A stretch of DNA of 64,000 nucleotides from Rubripirellula sp. (GTDB taxonomy: Bacteria > Planctomycetota > Planctomycetia > Pirellulales > Pirellulaceae), in contig OZ244207.1 of the NCBI GenBank assembly GCA_965216875.1, positions 1,312,001-1,376,000 of the forward strand, read 5' to 3'. The notes beneath the pieces were generated by a model, which made no database searches, had not been told where the DNA came from, and saw only the letters and a program-made list of their open reading frames with translations. How positions within the stretch are numbered: position 1 is the stretch's first letter; each line of letters begins with the position of its first letter. Both the position numbers and the translations under genes were made by a program. Below, piece after piece: positions 38,557 through 48,415 of this stretch.

Positions 38557-38773
38557 GCCGGATCAAGGAGCGACAGCGTCTCCGATCCGGCATGGGCCAG
38601 CGCCATGAAGTCGTCACAAGTGAGCCGCGATCGCGTAAGCGGCCGGGCCTTGATCGCCTTCACACTCGCTGCGCGTCGGCAAGGGCCCGAGGCCTGACGG
38701 CCAGCGGCTCACGGGCATTGCCAGCGCCACTGTAGGCCGGATCAAGGAGCGACAGCGTCACCGATCCGGCATG
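38545..38773. repeat. composite REP cluster (two direct GTAG-type copies flanking a GTGAGCCG-type element)
   Basis: GCGCCACTGTAGGCCGGATCAAGGAGCGACAGCGTC.CCGATCCGGCATG repeated at 38545-38594 and 38724-38773 around 38620-38712. Confidence 0.85.
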
Positions 38774-38853
38774 AGTCCATTACCGAGCACACCATTGGGG
38801 TGGCATGGTATACTCACAGGAGTCTTTTTCGTTCTTAATCAGCCTTTCTCATC

Positions 38854-41286
38854 ATGGCCTCGTCTGAGCCAAAATTTGATTTCCTCGATCCACCGTCTGA
38901 GCAGGGGGATCTTGGAACGCTCAGTCATTACCGCGTGATCGATGAACTCGGACGCGGAGGTATGGGGTTTGTCTTTCGCGCTGAAGACAAAAAACTAAAA
39001 CGTGAAGTCGCCTTGAAGGTGATGAATCAGAAGGTTGCCGGAACGCCCCACAGTCGGCGGCGTTTCTTGCGTGAGGCGCGCGCGATGGCGGCCATTCATC
39101 ACGACAACGTGGCGACCATTTTTGAAGTGGGCGAGAACGACGGCACGACCTTCATGGCAATGGAAATGCTTGAAGGCGAAACGTTAGAAGCGTTCAACGA
39201 TCGCGGCGAACGATTGGAGTTCTCCCAGATCATTGATTACGCCAGGCAGATTGCCAGTGGCTTGTCGGCGGCTCATGAAAAGGGGATCGTGCACCGCGAC
39301 ATCAAGCCAGCGAACATTTGGATCGAAACGAGTAAGGGGCGGATCAAGATTCTCGATTTCGGGTTGGCTCTTGCGTCGACGCCGGTCGACCAACTTGCGG
39401 GACGCGGCGCGGTGATCGGAACGCCGGGATACCTTTCACCTGAACAAGCCCGTACGGAACCACTTGACGATCGAAGCGACTTGTACAGTTTGGGAGTGGT
39501 GTTGTATGAGCTGGCAACGGGAAAACTGCCGCTCCATGCCAACAACGTTGCTGGCCAATTGATCTCGATTTTGGCGCATCGGCCTCAGCCGATTCCCGAG
39601 GCCAATCCGGAGGTTCCCGTGCCTCTTGCGGACTTGATTCACCGGCTGTTGTTCAAGGAACCGCGCGCACGGGTACGTTCGGCCAAGGTGCTGCTGGAAG
39701 AACTCGATCGGGTCGAAAACGAAAGCCACGCAAAGAGTGAAGTGGCCCAGACGATCAATCGACTGCAGGCGGGACTTGCCGAAGTGGTCAGCAAACGGCA
39801 AACCGTCGAACCGGTCATCGAGCAACCTGTGCTCGATCCGTTCGCGGCCATCCCCGATACACCCGCCGCTGAGGTGGCAAGCGATGCGTCGGGCGTGAAC
39901 CCAGCACTTGGTCCCGCTGCAGCCCTGGCGCCGCCCGCGTACCAGCGCCCCGTTGCAGCGAAGTCTGACACCGGTTCAACCAACTTTCAAAAGTACATCC
40001 CGATCGCTGCCATCGTGGCGCTCGTAATGATCGCTCTGCCGGTCATGACGTTCATGTTTAGCAGTCGTGATGCCAACAACACGCCGATCGTGGTTGTGAC
40101 CGATCTGCCCAACGGACCTGGCCAAACCGCCGCATCCGTTGTGCCCGCAGCATCGAGCAACCAAGGTCAACGCAATAGCTCGCAAAACGCCAACGCACAG
40201 CAGCAGGGTCATAAGAACAACGGCGCGAACACTGGGAACCGCCAGCGCGCAGGGAACCAAAACTCAGGCAACCAAAACTCAGGCAACCAAAACTCGGGGA
40301 ACCGAAACTCGGGCAAACAAAACAATGCGAACCGCCAGGCCGGCAATCAAGCGAATCGGCCGAACCAAAACAAGCGGCCGGCAAACAACGGGAACAAGGC
40401 GAACAAGAATCGCGGCAACAACCAAAAACAGGGCGGCAATCGAAAGAACCAACAACCGGCGATGGCAGCGGCGGACAAAACAAACGCAAAGCCCGTCCGC
40501 AATTCAAACCCGAGTGGTACGGGCGGAAACAAACAGGCAGCTGAAAACCGAAATCGACCCAACTCGCAATCGCCAACGGTTGCGATGAATCAAAGTCAAC
40601 GTAACCTCAATCCCGATTCCATTGGACAAACCGGACGGCCCAACGTGTCACCTCCTGAATCGATCGAGCCGCCAAAGGAACTGGAGTGGACCAATCTTTC
40701 GATCCAAACGGGTCGCGGGGCCGACGCCATGGTTCAAATTGGAACGAGCCAGAAGCGTGGCTTGAAGGCAACCATCGGTGTGCACACGCGCGGCAAAATC
40801 GAAAGCCACCACAGTTACCTTCGGTTTGACTTGGCCGAAATTGCCGATGTGCGTGGCGAGGTCGAAGCGGCCGACTTGATGCTGACGTGTGTTGGCAAGA
40901 CACGTCCAGTCGGCGCGAAACTACGTCTGTACGGGATTCCCAGTGAAGGCCTGCCGCTTTGGCCAGAAGACGGGCCGCGGTCGTTGACCTGGGCAAACAC
41001 GCCATCAAAAGTGGGGCTCGATTCGTTGTCGTTGCTGGCAACGTTGGAGGTCCAAGCGGGTGATGATCCTGCGTTGAAGCTTGGCGGAGCCGAGCTGGCC
41101 AAGTTTTTGCGTGAGAAGGCCGACGCGACGGTGACGCTCGTGGTGGCCGGTAAAGGTCCCAGCGCGGGCCCGCTCCTTTTCGTCAGTCGTCAGGGTGACC
41201 CCGCCAAGTCGCCGCGACTCCTCGTGCAGGCCCCCCGCGAGCCGACCCAGCGGAATTCCCAGCAAAATCGTTCGCAGCGTCGCTAG
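38854..41286 (+). CDS. Hanks-type Ser/Thr protein kinase with TM helix, N/Q-rich linker and C-terminal DNRLRE/CBM96-like domain
   Basis: LGRGGMG.V, VALKVM, HRDIKPANI, DFGLA, GTPGYLSPEQ and DLYSLG; TM helix; SYLRFDL and LTW.N.P. Confidence 0.92.
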   Translation: MASSEPKFDFLDPPSEQGDLGTLSHYRVIDELGRGGMGFVFRAEDKKLKREVALKVMNQKVAGTPHSRRRFLREARAMAAIHHDNVATIFEVGENDGTTFMAMEMLEGETLEAFNDRGERLEFSQIIDYARQIASGLSAAHEKGIVHRDIKPANIWIETSKGRIKILDFGLALASTPVDQLAGRGAVIGTPGYLSPEQARTEPLDDRSDLYSLGVVLYELATGKLPLHANNVAGQLISILAHRPQPIPEANPEVPVPLADLIHRLLFKEPRARVRSAKVLLEELDRVENESHAKSEVAQTINRLQAGLAEVVSKRQTVEPVIEQPVLDPFAAIPDTPAAEVASDASGVNPALGPAAALAPPAYQRPVAAKSDTGSTNFQKYIPIAAIVALVMIALPVMTFMFSSRDANNTPIVVVTDLPNGPGQTAASVVPAASSNQGQRNSSQNANAQQQGHKNNGANTGNRQRAGNQNSGNQNSGNQNSGNRNSGKQNNANRQAGNQANRPNQNKRPANNGNKANKNRGNNQKQGGNRKNQQPAMAAADKTNAKPVRNSNPSGTGGNKQAAENRNRPNSQSPTVAMNQSQRNLNPDSIGQTGRPNVSPPESIEPPKELEWTNLSIQTGRGADAMVQIGTSQKRGLKATIGVHTRGKIESHHSYLRFDLAEIADVRGEVEAADLMLTCVGKTRPVGAKLRLYGIPSEGLPLWPEDGPRSLTWANTPSKVGLDSLSLLATLEVQAGDDPALKLGGAELAKFLREKADATVTLVVAGKGPSAGPLLFVSRQGDPAKSPRLLVQAPREPTQRNSQQNRSQRR

Positions 41287-41309
41287 TGCCGCTAACGCGC
41301 GTTCAAACC

Positions 41310-41409
41310 ATCACCCTCCCGCTTGCGGGAGGGTCGAACGCAAAGTCCGGGGAGGGAACAAGCCGAACAAACCCTCTCCGGGCCTTAGAGCCCGACTCTC
41401 CCGAGGGAG
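41310..41409. repeat. MITE/REP-like element, inverted copy of 10214-10319
   Basis: TCACCCTCCCGCTTGCGGGAGGGTCG...CCCTCTCCGGGCCTTAGAGCCCGACTCTCCC. Confidence 0.85.
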
Positions 41410-41519
41410 CGTGCTCCCGAAAACGGCGCGTCGGGCGGTTTTGCGACACTTTTTTCTAAGGATCGATCAGCACGGTCGTTTTAACCTCTGCAAGGACGAA
41501 CATCCTTCTGCAGACAGCG

Positions 41520-42092
41520 GTGATGAACGAATCAATTTCCACCTGTGTAATGAGTGACCAGGAATCTCCGGCCAGTGCATGCGCCGACGCGATGTCGGAT
41601 CAGGCATGGTTGGGGTGGGTTTTTCGCGAGCACGAAGTCGCGCTGATGGGCTATGCGACCCACTTGATGGGCGATGCCGAACGGGCCAGTGACGTCGTGC
41701 AGGATACGTTCATGCGCCTCTGTCGTCAGCAGCGGTCGGAAGTGGAAAGCCACGTCCGCCGCTGGCTGTACACAGTTTGTCGAAACCGTGCCCTCGACAT
41801 TTTGAAAAAGGACAAGCGGATGAAGACCCTTGATGACGCCCGCGCCTCGCAGCATCCCAGTCGGGACGCCGATCCGCAGATGCAGGCCCAACATCATGAC
41901 TCGGCCGCCCGGGCGGGAAGTTTGATGCAGGATCTGCCCGATCGCCAACAAGAAGTGATTCGACTCAAGGTGCAAAGCGGACTTAGCTACCGCGAGATTG
42001 CAGAAATCACTGGCTTGAGTGTCAGCAACGTCGGCTACTTGCTGCACACCGGATTGAAATCAATACGCACTCGATTGGCCGCAATCGAATAG
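41520..42092 (+). CDS. ECF sigma-70 factor
   Basis: DVVQDTFMRL, WLYTVCRNRALD and LP.RQQEVIRL...GLSYREIAEI; start uncertain. Confidence 0.9.
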   Translation: MMNESISTCVMSDQESPASACADAMSDQAWLGWVFREHEVALMGYATHLMGDAERASDVVQDTFMRLCRQQRSEVESHVRRWLYTVCRNRALDILKKDKRMKTLDDARASQHPSRDADPQMQAQHHDSAARAGSLMQDLPDRQQEVIRLKVQSGLSYREIAEITGLSVSNVGYLLHTGLKSIRTRLAAIE

Positions 42093-42152
42093 CTGCCGTA
42101 TCCCACCTAGCGACCTACCGAACAACTGACAATCATTCCACCGAGAATCACG

Positions 42153-44816
42153 ATGTCCGATTCAACCACCGACACGCGAGCAACCGCCTACCTCTTTGGT
42201 GAACTTAGCACTGAAGAAGCCTTGCGATTTGAGCAAGAGTTGGAAGCGTCGCCTAATTTGCAGGAAGAGGTCGCGCAATTGCGTGAAGCGTTGTCGGCGA
42301 TCACCGATGAGTTTGATGGGCAATCGATGGGAGTCTCCGAAGCGACGCGCCAGGAAATTGAACGGGCGATCGATCAAGCGGGTGTCGCTCCCGTCCCATC
42401 GTCATCGAACAAGCGATTCGTTTGGGTGGTTGTCGCGACCGCAGCGACGGTGCTGATTTTGGCGAGCCTGGCGTTGCCCGCGGTGTGGCAGGGCGGGCAG
42501 GAAATTGACACCACTGCGATGAACACCGTGACCCTGCAAGAGCAACTCGCTGGCGAAGGTCAAACCACCGGCGTCGAGTTGCGAGAGGCTGTGGAAGAAC
42601 GACGGATTCTCGAAGAGGAAGCACTCGCCCATGACGCCTGGGTTGCCGAAACGGAAGTTCTGAATGAGCAGATTGCGAGCGTTGAACTTCAAATTCAAGC
42701 TCACAAGGACAAGATCGAGAGTCTCAGTAAACAAACCAAAGGGTTCGCTGGCCAAGGCCTTTCGGCACAGCCGCTAACGGCGTCACCGAGTCTTGAGGGA
42801 AAGGTTGAACCGAGCCAGCTTGAGCTTCTGCGAGAAACGAAAAGCCTAAGCGACTCAGTGCAGCGATTGGTCGAATTAAAGAAACGCATCCCGCAAAAAA
42901 CGGACGGTGAAGTTCGCGCCGCGCTGCGTCCGGTCAAACCAGCCGATCCACTCGCGGGGCCGGCACTTTCAAAGTTGACAGAGCTGAGCGATGCCGAGTT
43001 CGGTGATGGGGACGAGGATGCGTTGATGCTCATGGTCACGCCCAGGGTGAGGGTCGGGGAAGAGGAAGAGCCACTCGCTCGGCAATTCAGTTTGCCGGGA
43101 AAAAAGAGTCCCCGAGATGGGGCAGAGATGATGATGGATGAGATGATGATGATGGAAGAAGAAGAAATGATGGGCATGGGCGGCCTGGGGATGGAAGCCG
43201 AGCAGGTCGTTGCAGGCTTCGCAATGATGGGTGATAGAGATGATGCCTACTTCGAAACTGACGGGTTGGTTGGAGCCGATTCCACCGAAGACGAGTTTGC
43301 GATGGCAGTGGAAAACGGGGACGCCGAGATGTTGGCGGACTTGATGGGCGTCGAGACGCCTCACGAAGAGGGTCGTTCGCGAGACCGTTTCGAACCCATC
43401 GATGATAATCCGTTCATGACAGCTGCACGGCAGTCGCTTTCGACCTTTTCGATTGACGTCGATACGGCTGCCTATGCCAAGGTCCGTTCGTTTTTGATGC
43501 AACAGCACACAAAGGTCAGGCCTTCGGCCGTTCGAATTGAAGAGTTGGTCAATTACTTCCCCTACAGTTACGAACCGCCGAAAACGGACGAACACCCCTT
43601 TGCCGCAACGATGGATATCGCCGGATGCCCATGGAACGAAGACCATCGTTTGGCGCGAATCGGAATCAAAGGCAAGGTGCTTGATGAGAATCGGCCGCCG
43701 AGCAATTTGGTCTTCTTGCTCGATGTCTCCGGGTCGATGGACGAACCGAACAAGTTGCCGCTTGTGATCGAAGGCATGAAGATGTTGACCGACCAGCTTT
43801 CCGAAAACGATTCGGTGGCAATCGTTGTCTATGCCGGATCATCGGGGGTTGTCCTTGATTCGGCTCGTGGCGACCAGAAGCACATCATTCATGATGCACT
43901 TTCACGATTGAAAGCGGGTGGCAGCACCAACGGTGGTGAGGGCATCGTGCGAGCCTATGATTTGGCCCGAGATCACTTCATTGCTGGCGGTACCAACCGG
44001 GTGATTCTTTGCACCGACGGAGACTTCAACGTCGGGGTTACGGGAACGGATCAGTTGTTGGAGATTGTGAAAAAGAATGCCCAAGGCAACATCTATCTTT
44101 CGGTCCTCGGCTTTGGAATGGGCAACCACAACGATGCGATGTTGGAGAAGGTTTCCAATCAAGGCAACGGCAACTATGCGTTTATTGACAGTCGTGCCGA
44201 GGCGCAAAAGGTGCTTGTCGAAGAGATGGGCGGGACTCTGGTGACGATCGCCAAGGATGTCAAAATCCAAATCGAGTTCAATCCGAAAGAGATCAAAGCC
44301 TATCGCTTGATTGGATACGAAAACCGCGTGATGGCTGCCCAGGACTTTAATGACGATACGAAAGACGCGGGTGAGATTGGTGCTGGGCATACCGTTACAG
44401 CGCTCTATGAGTTGATACCCGCTGATTCCGTCTCCGAGCTGAGCGTCCCAGAAACGGACGAACTGCTGTACCAAAAGAAGGCGAGGCTTAGCAAAAAGGC
44501 TCATAGCGGTGAGGCGTTGACGCTCAAGCTTCGATACAAGTCGCCAGAGGCATTGCCGGGTGACAAGAGCACGCTTCTATCGGTGCCAGTGACCGATCGG
44601 GGAAAATCATTCGACGAAATGGACGATGATTTTCAATTCGCAGCCGCAGTTGCATCGTTTGGTATGCAGCTTCGCCAGTCGCCCCACCAAGGTGACACGT
44701 CGCTTGCAGCAGTCGAGGAAATCGCCAACGCGTGCTTGTCCCAGGACCCAAGTGGATTGCGAGCCGAATTTGTTGCGATGGTGCAGACCGCCCAGACCAT
44801 TTACGGCCAGCCCTAG
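42153..44816 (+). CDS. YfbK-like vWA protein (vWF_A + DUF3520) with an N-terminal anti-sigma-like domain and TM helix
   Basis: TAYLFGELS.EE...FE..L N-terminus; STFSIDVDTAAY, RIEELVNYF, VFLLDVSGSM, TDGDFNVG, YRLIGYENR and DAGEIGAGHTVTALYE. Confidence 0.9.
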   Translation: MSDSTTDTRATAYLFGELSTEEALRFEQELEASPNLQEEVAQLREALSAITDEFDGQSMGVSEATRQEIERAIDQAGVAPVPSSSNKRFVWVVVATAATVLILASLALPAVWQGGQEIDTTAMNTVTLQEQLAGEGQTTGVELREAVEERRILEEEALAHDAWVAETEVLNEQIASVELQIQAHKDKIESLSKQTKGFAGQGLSAQPLTASPSLEGKVEPSQLELLRETKSLSDSVQRLVELKKRIPQKTDGEVRAALRPVKPADPLAGPALSKLTELSDAEFGDGDEDALMLMVTPRVRVGEEEEPLARQFSLPGKKSPRDGAEMMMDEMMMMEEEEMMGMGGLGMEAEQVVAGFAMMGDRDDAYFETDGLVGADSTEDEFAMAVENGDAEMLADLMGVETPHEEGRSRDRFEPIDDNPFMTAARQSLSTFSIDVDTAAYAKVRSFLMQQHTKVRPSAVRIEELVNYFPYSYEPPKTDEHPFAATMDIAGCPWNEDHRLARIGIKGKVLDENRPPSNLVFLLDVSGSMDEPNKLPLVIEGMKMLTDQLSENDSVAIVVYAGSSGVVLDSARGDQKHIIHDALSRLKAGGSTNGGEGIVRAYDLARDHFIAGGTNRVILCTDGDFNVGVTGTDQLLEIVKKNAQGNIYLSVLGFGMGNHNDAMLEKVSNQGNGNYAFIDSRAEAQKVLVEEMGGTLVTIAKDVKIQIEFNPKEIKAYRLIGYENRVMAAQDFNDDTKDAGEIGAGHTVTALYELIPADSVSELSVPETDELLYQKKARLSKKAHSGEALTLKLRYKSPEALPGDKSTLLSVPVTDRGKSFDEMDDDFQFAAAVASFGMQLRQSPHQGDTSLAAVEEIANACLSQDPSGLRAEFVAMVQTAQTIYGQP

Positions 44817-44891
44817 TCACGCCTGTTGCCAGAAGGCGACGCGGGAGCTTCGCCAAGAAGCCCGGCCGCCCGCGCGGTCGCGGCTCACCAT

Positions 44892-45971
44892 CTACAGCTC
44901 GACCGCACGATGTGTCTTGGCGGACTTGTAACATGCTTCGACAAGTTGCATCGTCTTGAGGTTGTCTTGTCCGTTCATGCTGGGCTCGTTGCCTTGTTCA
45001 AGTGCGCACAACAGTTCGCACATCGGGCCAAGAAACGCGTCTGGGAACCAGACTTTTTTCCAGCGGGGCTTGTGCCATCGCTTGGAGGCAACCGTCGTGA
45101 AATCGATCGTGCTCGGAGTGCGTTTCGGGTAGTCGGGCCAGCCGATCGTGCCTCGAGCCATTCCCTTGGTGCCTTCGACTCGCCAGCGGATTCCCAGGTC
45201 GGCGGCGGCCCCTTCACGCCCGGGGCCTGCCCAGACATCGTCACAGATCATGCACCTTAGCCCTGACTCGTATTCGAGTGTGTAGAGGCCGATGCCGTCG
45301 ACGTGTGGGAACGAGGTGCGCGGGTCTTTTCCGAAACTTGCAAACACGCGTGTTGGTTCGCCGAACCAATAACGCATCACATCAAGGTGATGGATCGACA
45401 TGATTCGACACGTCAACCATCCGAGTCGTTTTTGCCACGGCATCCAATGTGGGATGGCTCGCATGTCGATCGTTGCGAGTACTGGCTTGCCAAGGTACTT
45501 CCGCTTTAGAACGGACTTGCACGCTCGGATCGATTGGTCGTAGCGCATGTTCTGATTGACGCACAAAGTGACTCCCGCCTTTTCGCACATGGCGACGATG
45601 CGTTTGGCTTCGGACACGTTGAGTCCGAGCGGCTTTTGCGCCAGGATCCCGCGGATGTGTTTGCGACGTACCGCTTCGCGGACGACCTCGATCAACACAT
45701 CGGGCGGGACGGCAATGTCAACGACTTCGATCTGTTCATCATCCAGCAAATGTTGGTACGACCCGTAGACTCGGTCGATCTGATGACGCTTGGCGACCGT
45801 TTTCGCGTTTTGGATCTGCTTTGAGGTAATGGCGATTGGGTTCAGATTGGCCTGGCGGTAAGCGACCAAATGGCAGTCGGCCATGATGAAACCGCTCCCG
45901 ATACAGCCGATCGCGGTGCTCCGATTCTTCGGCAGTTTGGGCAGGTAGTCGAGCTTGGATGAAACTTGCAT
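44892..45971 (-). CDS. Gfo/Idh/MocA family oxidoreductase
   Basis: [23 protein letters not shown] and SIHHLD. Confidence 0.88.
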   Translation of the reverse strand: MQVSSKLDYLPKLPKNRSTAIGCIGSGFIMADCHLVAYRQANLNPIAITSKQIQNAKTVAKRHQIDRVYGSYQHLLDDEQIEVVDIAVPPDVLIEVVREAVRRKHIRGILAQKPLGLNVSEAKRIVAMCEKAGVTLCVNQNMRYDQSIRACKSVLKRKYLGKPVLATIDMRAIPHWMPWQKRLGWLTCRIMSIHHLDVMRYWFGEPTRVFASFGKDPRTSFPHVDGIGLYTLEYESGLRCMICDDVWAGPGREGAAADLGIRWRVEGTKGMARGTIGWPDYPKRTPSTIDFTTVASKRWHKPRWKKVWFPDAFLGPMCELLCALEQGNEPSMNGQDNLKTMQLVEACYKSAKTHRAVEL

Positions 45972-46108
45972 CGATCACGTGGTGCGAGAGAATTCATTCT
46001 GGCTGCGGGCGGGACAGTTGTTATACATTGTCGACCACGGCCGCATACAACACGGGAACCGAATTGACAGACGAACCAACGCTGGCGAAGACGACAAGCG
46101 ACCGACCC

Positions 46109-46663
46109 ATGTTCAAGACGAACGTGATGGTGGGCAGCAGCGTTGTCGTGTTGACCGCTCTGGTGTTGAATCAACTTGGCCGTGTTTGGTGGTGTAAATG
46201 TGGATCACCCGTTCCATGGGCGTGGGACATTTGGTCGACCCACAATTCACAGCACGCGATCGACCCTTACACCTTCACACACATCTTGCACGGTGTGATT
46301 CTGTGCGGGCTCGTCTATTTGCCCAGCAGTGGGATGCTGCGGCGATACGGTCTGGCGATCAGTCTGGTGCTTGAAGCTTGTTGGGAAGTGCTCGAGAACT
46401 CGCCGTTCATCATCGAGCGGTATCGAGAGGCAACGATCTCACTGGATTACTTTGGCGATTCGATCATCAACTCGTTGTTTGACATCGTTGCTTGTGGATT
46501 CGGTTACTTGCTGGCGCGGCGACTCGGTTGGAAATGGTCGATCGTGCTCGTTGTAGCAACCGAGTGTCTTTTGCTCGTTTGGATTCGCGACAGTTTGCTA
46601 CTTAACATCATCATGTTGGTTGCGCCCAACGATGCTATCCTGCGTTGGCAGATGGGTGGTTGA
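46109..46663 (+). CDS. DUF2585 family membrane protein
   Basis: GRVWWCKCG, HNSQH..DPYTFTHILHG, WEVLENSPFIIERYR, Y.GDSIINS and IRDSL.LNIIML; start uncertain. Confidence 0.85.
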   Translation: MFKTNVMVGSSVVVLTALVLNQLGRVWWCKCGSPVPWAWDIWSTHNSQHAIDPYTFTHILHGVILCGLVYLPSSGMLRRYGLAISLVLEACWEVLENSPFIIERYREATISLDYFGDSIINSLFDIVACGFGYLLARRLGWKWSIVLVVATECLLLVWIRDSLLLNIIMLVAPNDAILRWQMGG

Positions 46664-46753
46664 TCATCTTGCAAGCAGACACCAAGTCTGATGTGAACGT
46701 CCGCCCTACTGAATGAATTGCCCACTGTTTTGCACGTCAAGGAGACACTTTCT

Positions 46754-47263
46754 ATGAGCATTGCGCAATCACTCTTGCCTGAATACGATCACGAATTTGC
46801 CGGGACGCGGCGTGTCCTCTCGGCTGTGACGAACGAGATCTTGGATTGGTCGGCGCATGAGAAATCAAACACGGTTGGATGGGTGGCTTCGCATCTTGCT
46901 GACATACCAAGTTGGACGGACGTTTGCATCAATCAAGATTCCTACGATGTTGCACCCCCTGGGGGTGAACCAGACACGGTGACGGTCCTTGGTAGCGTTG
47001 ATGAGATCTTGGCGAGCCTGGACAAGAATGTCGCCGAGGCACGCACGGTCATTGAAGCTGCGACCGATGAGCAGTTCATGAAGCCTTGGTCACTTCTTAA
47101 TGGTGGCGAGGTGGTGATGACGATGTCACGGATTGCGATTGTTCGTAGCTTTATCATGAGCCACAACATCCACCATCGGGCACATCTTTGCGTCTACCTG
47201 CGGCTCAATGACTTGCCAGTGCCCGGTCTCTATGGGCCCTCGGCTGACGATGACACGCTATAG
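46754..47263 (+). CDS. DinB family protein
   Basis: LLPEYDHE...TRRVL, ASHLA and HNIHHRAHL.VYLR....VPGLYGPSAD. Confidence 0.9.
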   Translation: MSIAQSLLPEYDHEFAGTRRVLSAVTNEILDWSAHEKSNTVGWVASHLADIPSWTDVCINQDSYDVAPPGGEPDTVTVLGSVDEILASLDKNVAEARTVIEAATDEQFMKPWSLLNGGEVVMTMSRIAIVRSFIMSHNIHHRAHLCVYLRLNDLPVPGLYGPSADDDTL

Positions 47264-47276
47264 GTGAGAACCAAAT

Positions 47277-47305
47277 AAAAAAGCCAGCTTGGACAAGCTG
47301 GCTTT
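47277..47305 (-). terminator. intrinsic terminator (possibly bidirectional)
   Basis: AAAGCCAGCTTG-ga-CAAGCTGGCTTT with an A-run on the left, between convergent genes. Confidence 0.75.
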
Positions 47306-47332
47306 GGTTTTGATTCGACGTGAAGTCGATGG

Positions 47333-48022
47333 TCAAGCTTTGGCGACCGCTTTCTGTTTTCGGCGGCGATACACGACGCATCCGGTGCAAGCCATCACGC
47401 CCCAGATTACAACCGAGCTCGGTTCGGGAATGACGCCGCCCGCGATGGTGATGGTCACTGTGTCGGAGATGGTTGGGTCAAAGATGGTTGCTAAGTCACC
47501 ACCGACGGTGCCGCTAAATCCAGCGCCCAAATCAGCGGACGTCAGTGAAATCGAGCTTCCCGCAGCCCCGGTAATGTTAAATACGAACTGGCCGACAAGC
47601 ACGTCACCACCGCCAGGGGCGACCGCTAAGCCACCAACACCTATGTTCTGAGTGATTCCGGCGAGGTTAGTGAATCCAGCTGGAGCGGCGTTTGGAAAAG
47701 CCATGTCGAACGGGAGGGAGCCGCCCGTCCCATCGCCTTGCCCAATGGTGTTTGCGAAAGCAAGATTACCGGTGATGTCACTGGCCCCAATCGTTGCGGA
47801 CGCTGATGCGCTGTTGTTACTAAGGATGACACCTGAGGCACTGAAAAGTCCGCCTGCGCCCGCAATCGTGCCGTCATCACGAAGTGTCATGGTGATCGTA
47901 ACATCGTCACCCGAATTGATGAGTGTTGCCGATGAGTCCAAGTCGAGCGTTAGCCCGGCCTGCACCGCAACGGATGACGCGGTAACGAACAACAGAGCAA
48001 GGAGAGAGCGAATGAAAACCAT
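47333..48022 (-). CDS. PEP-CTERM sorting domain protein
   Basis: Signal peptide; C-terminal VIPEPSS, TM helix, then RRRKQK. Confidence 0.9.
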   Translation of the reverse strand: MVFIRSLLALLFVTASSVAVQAGLTLDLDSSATLINSGDDVTITMTLRDDGTIAGAGGLFSASGVILSNNSASASATIGASDITGNLAFANTIGQGDGTGGSLPFDMAFPNAAPAGFTNLAGITQNIGVGGLAVAPGGGDVLVGQFVFNITGAAGSSISLTSADLGAGFSGTVGGDLATIFDPTISDTVTITIAGGVIPEPSSVVIWGVMACTGCVVYRRRKQKAVAKA

Positions 48023-48415
48023 CGAGATCTTACCTGGTGTGTTGTGTGTTGATCCTGTGAGTTGGCTTGCCGCAAGGACATCCAATCGGACGAATCTCAC
48101 AGGCAATCATCATCGATCGAGAGAGTGAAGTCCAGCGAACTAGTGCCCATTTTTGCGTGGAATTCAAAGAAAACGAGTCAACAAAAAGCCACTGAAACCA
48201 TCTGTTCATCATCGATTTGAATTCGGTCCAAGCACTCGTTGATCGATGACCAAAACTCGACTCCGAGTCTGGTGGTTTTCGGGGTGAAAAAATCGTGTGC
48301 GACCGGACGCTTGTCCACCTCCACGCTGGCCTATCGAGGCCATGACTGTATCAGCGTGTTGCACACCGGCTTGCGATGCTGTTTCCGCAAGCACGGTGTG
48401 TCCGCTGATTTGACG

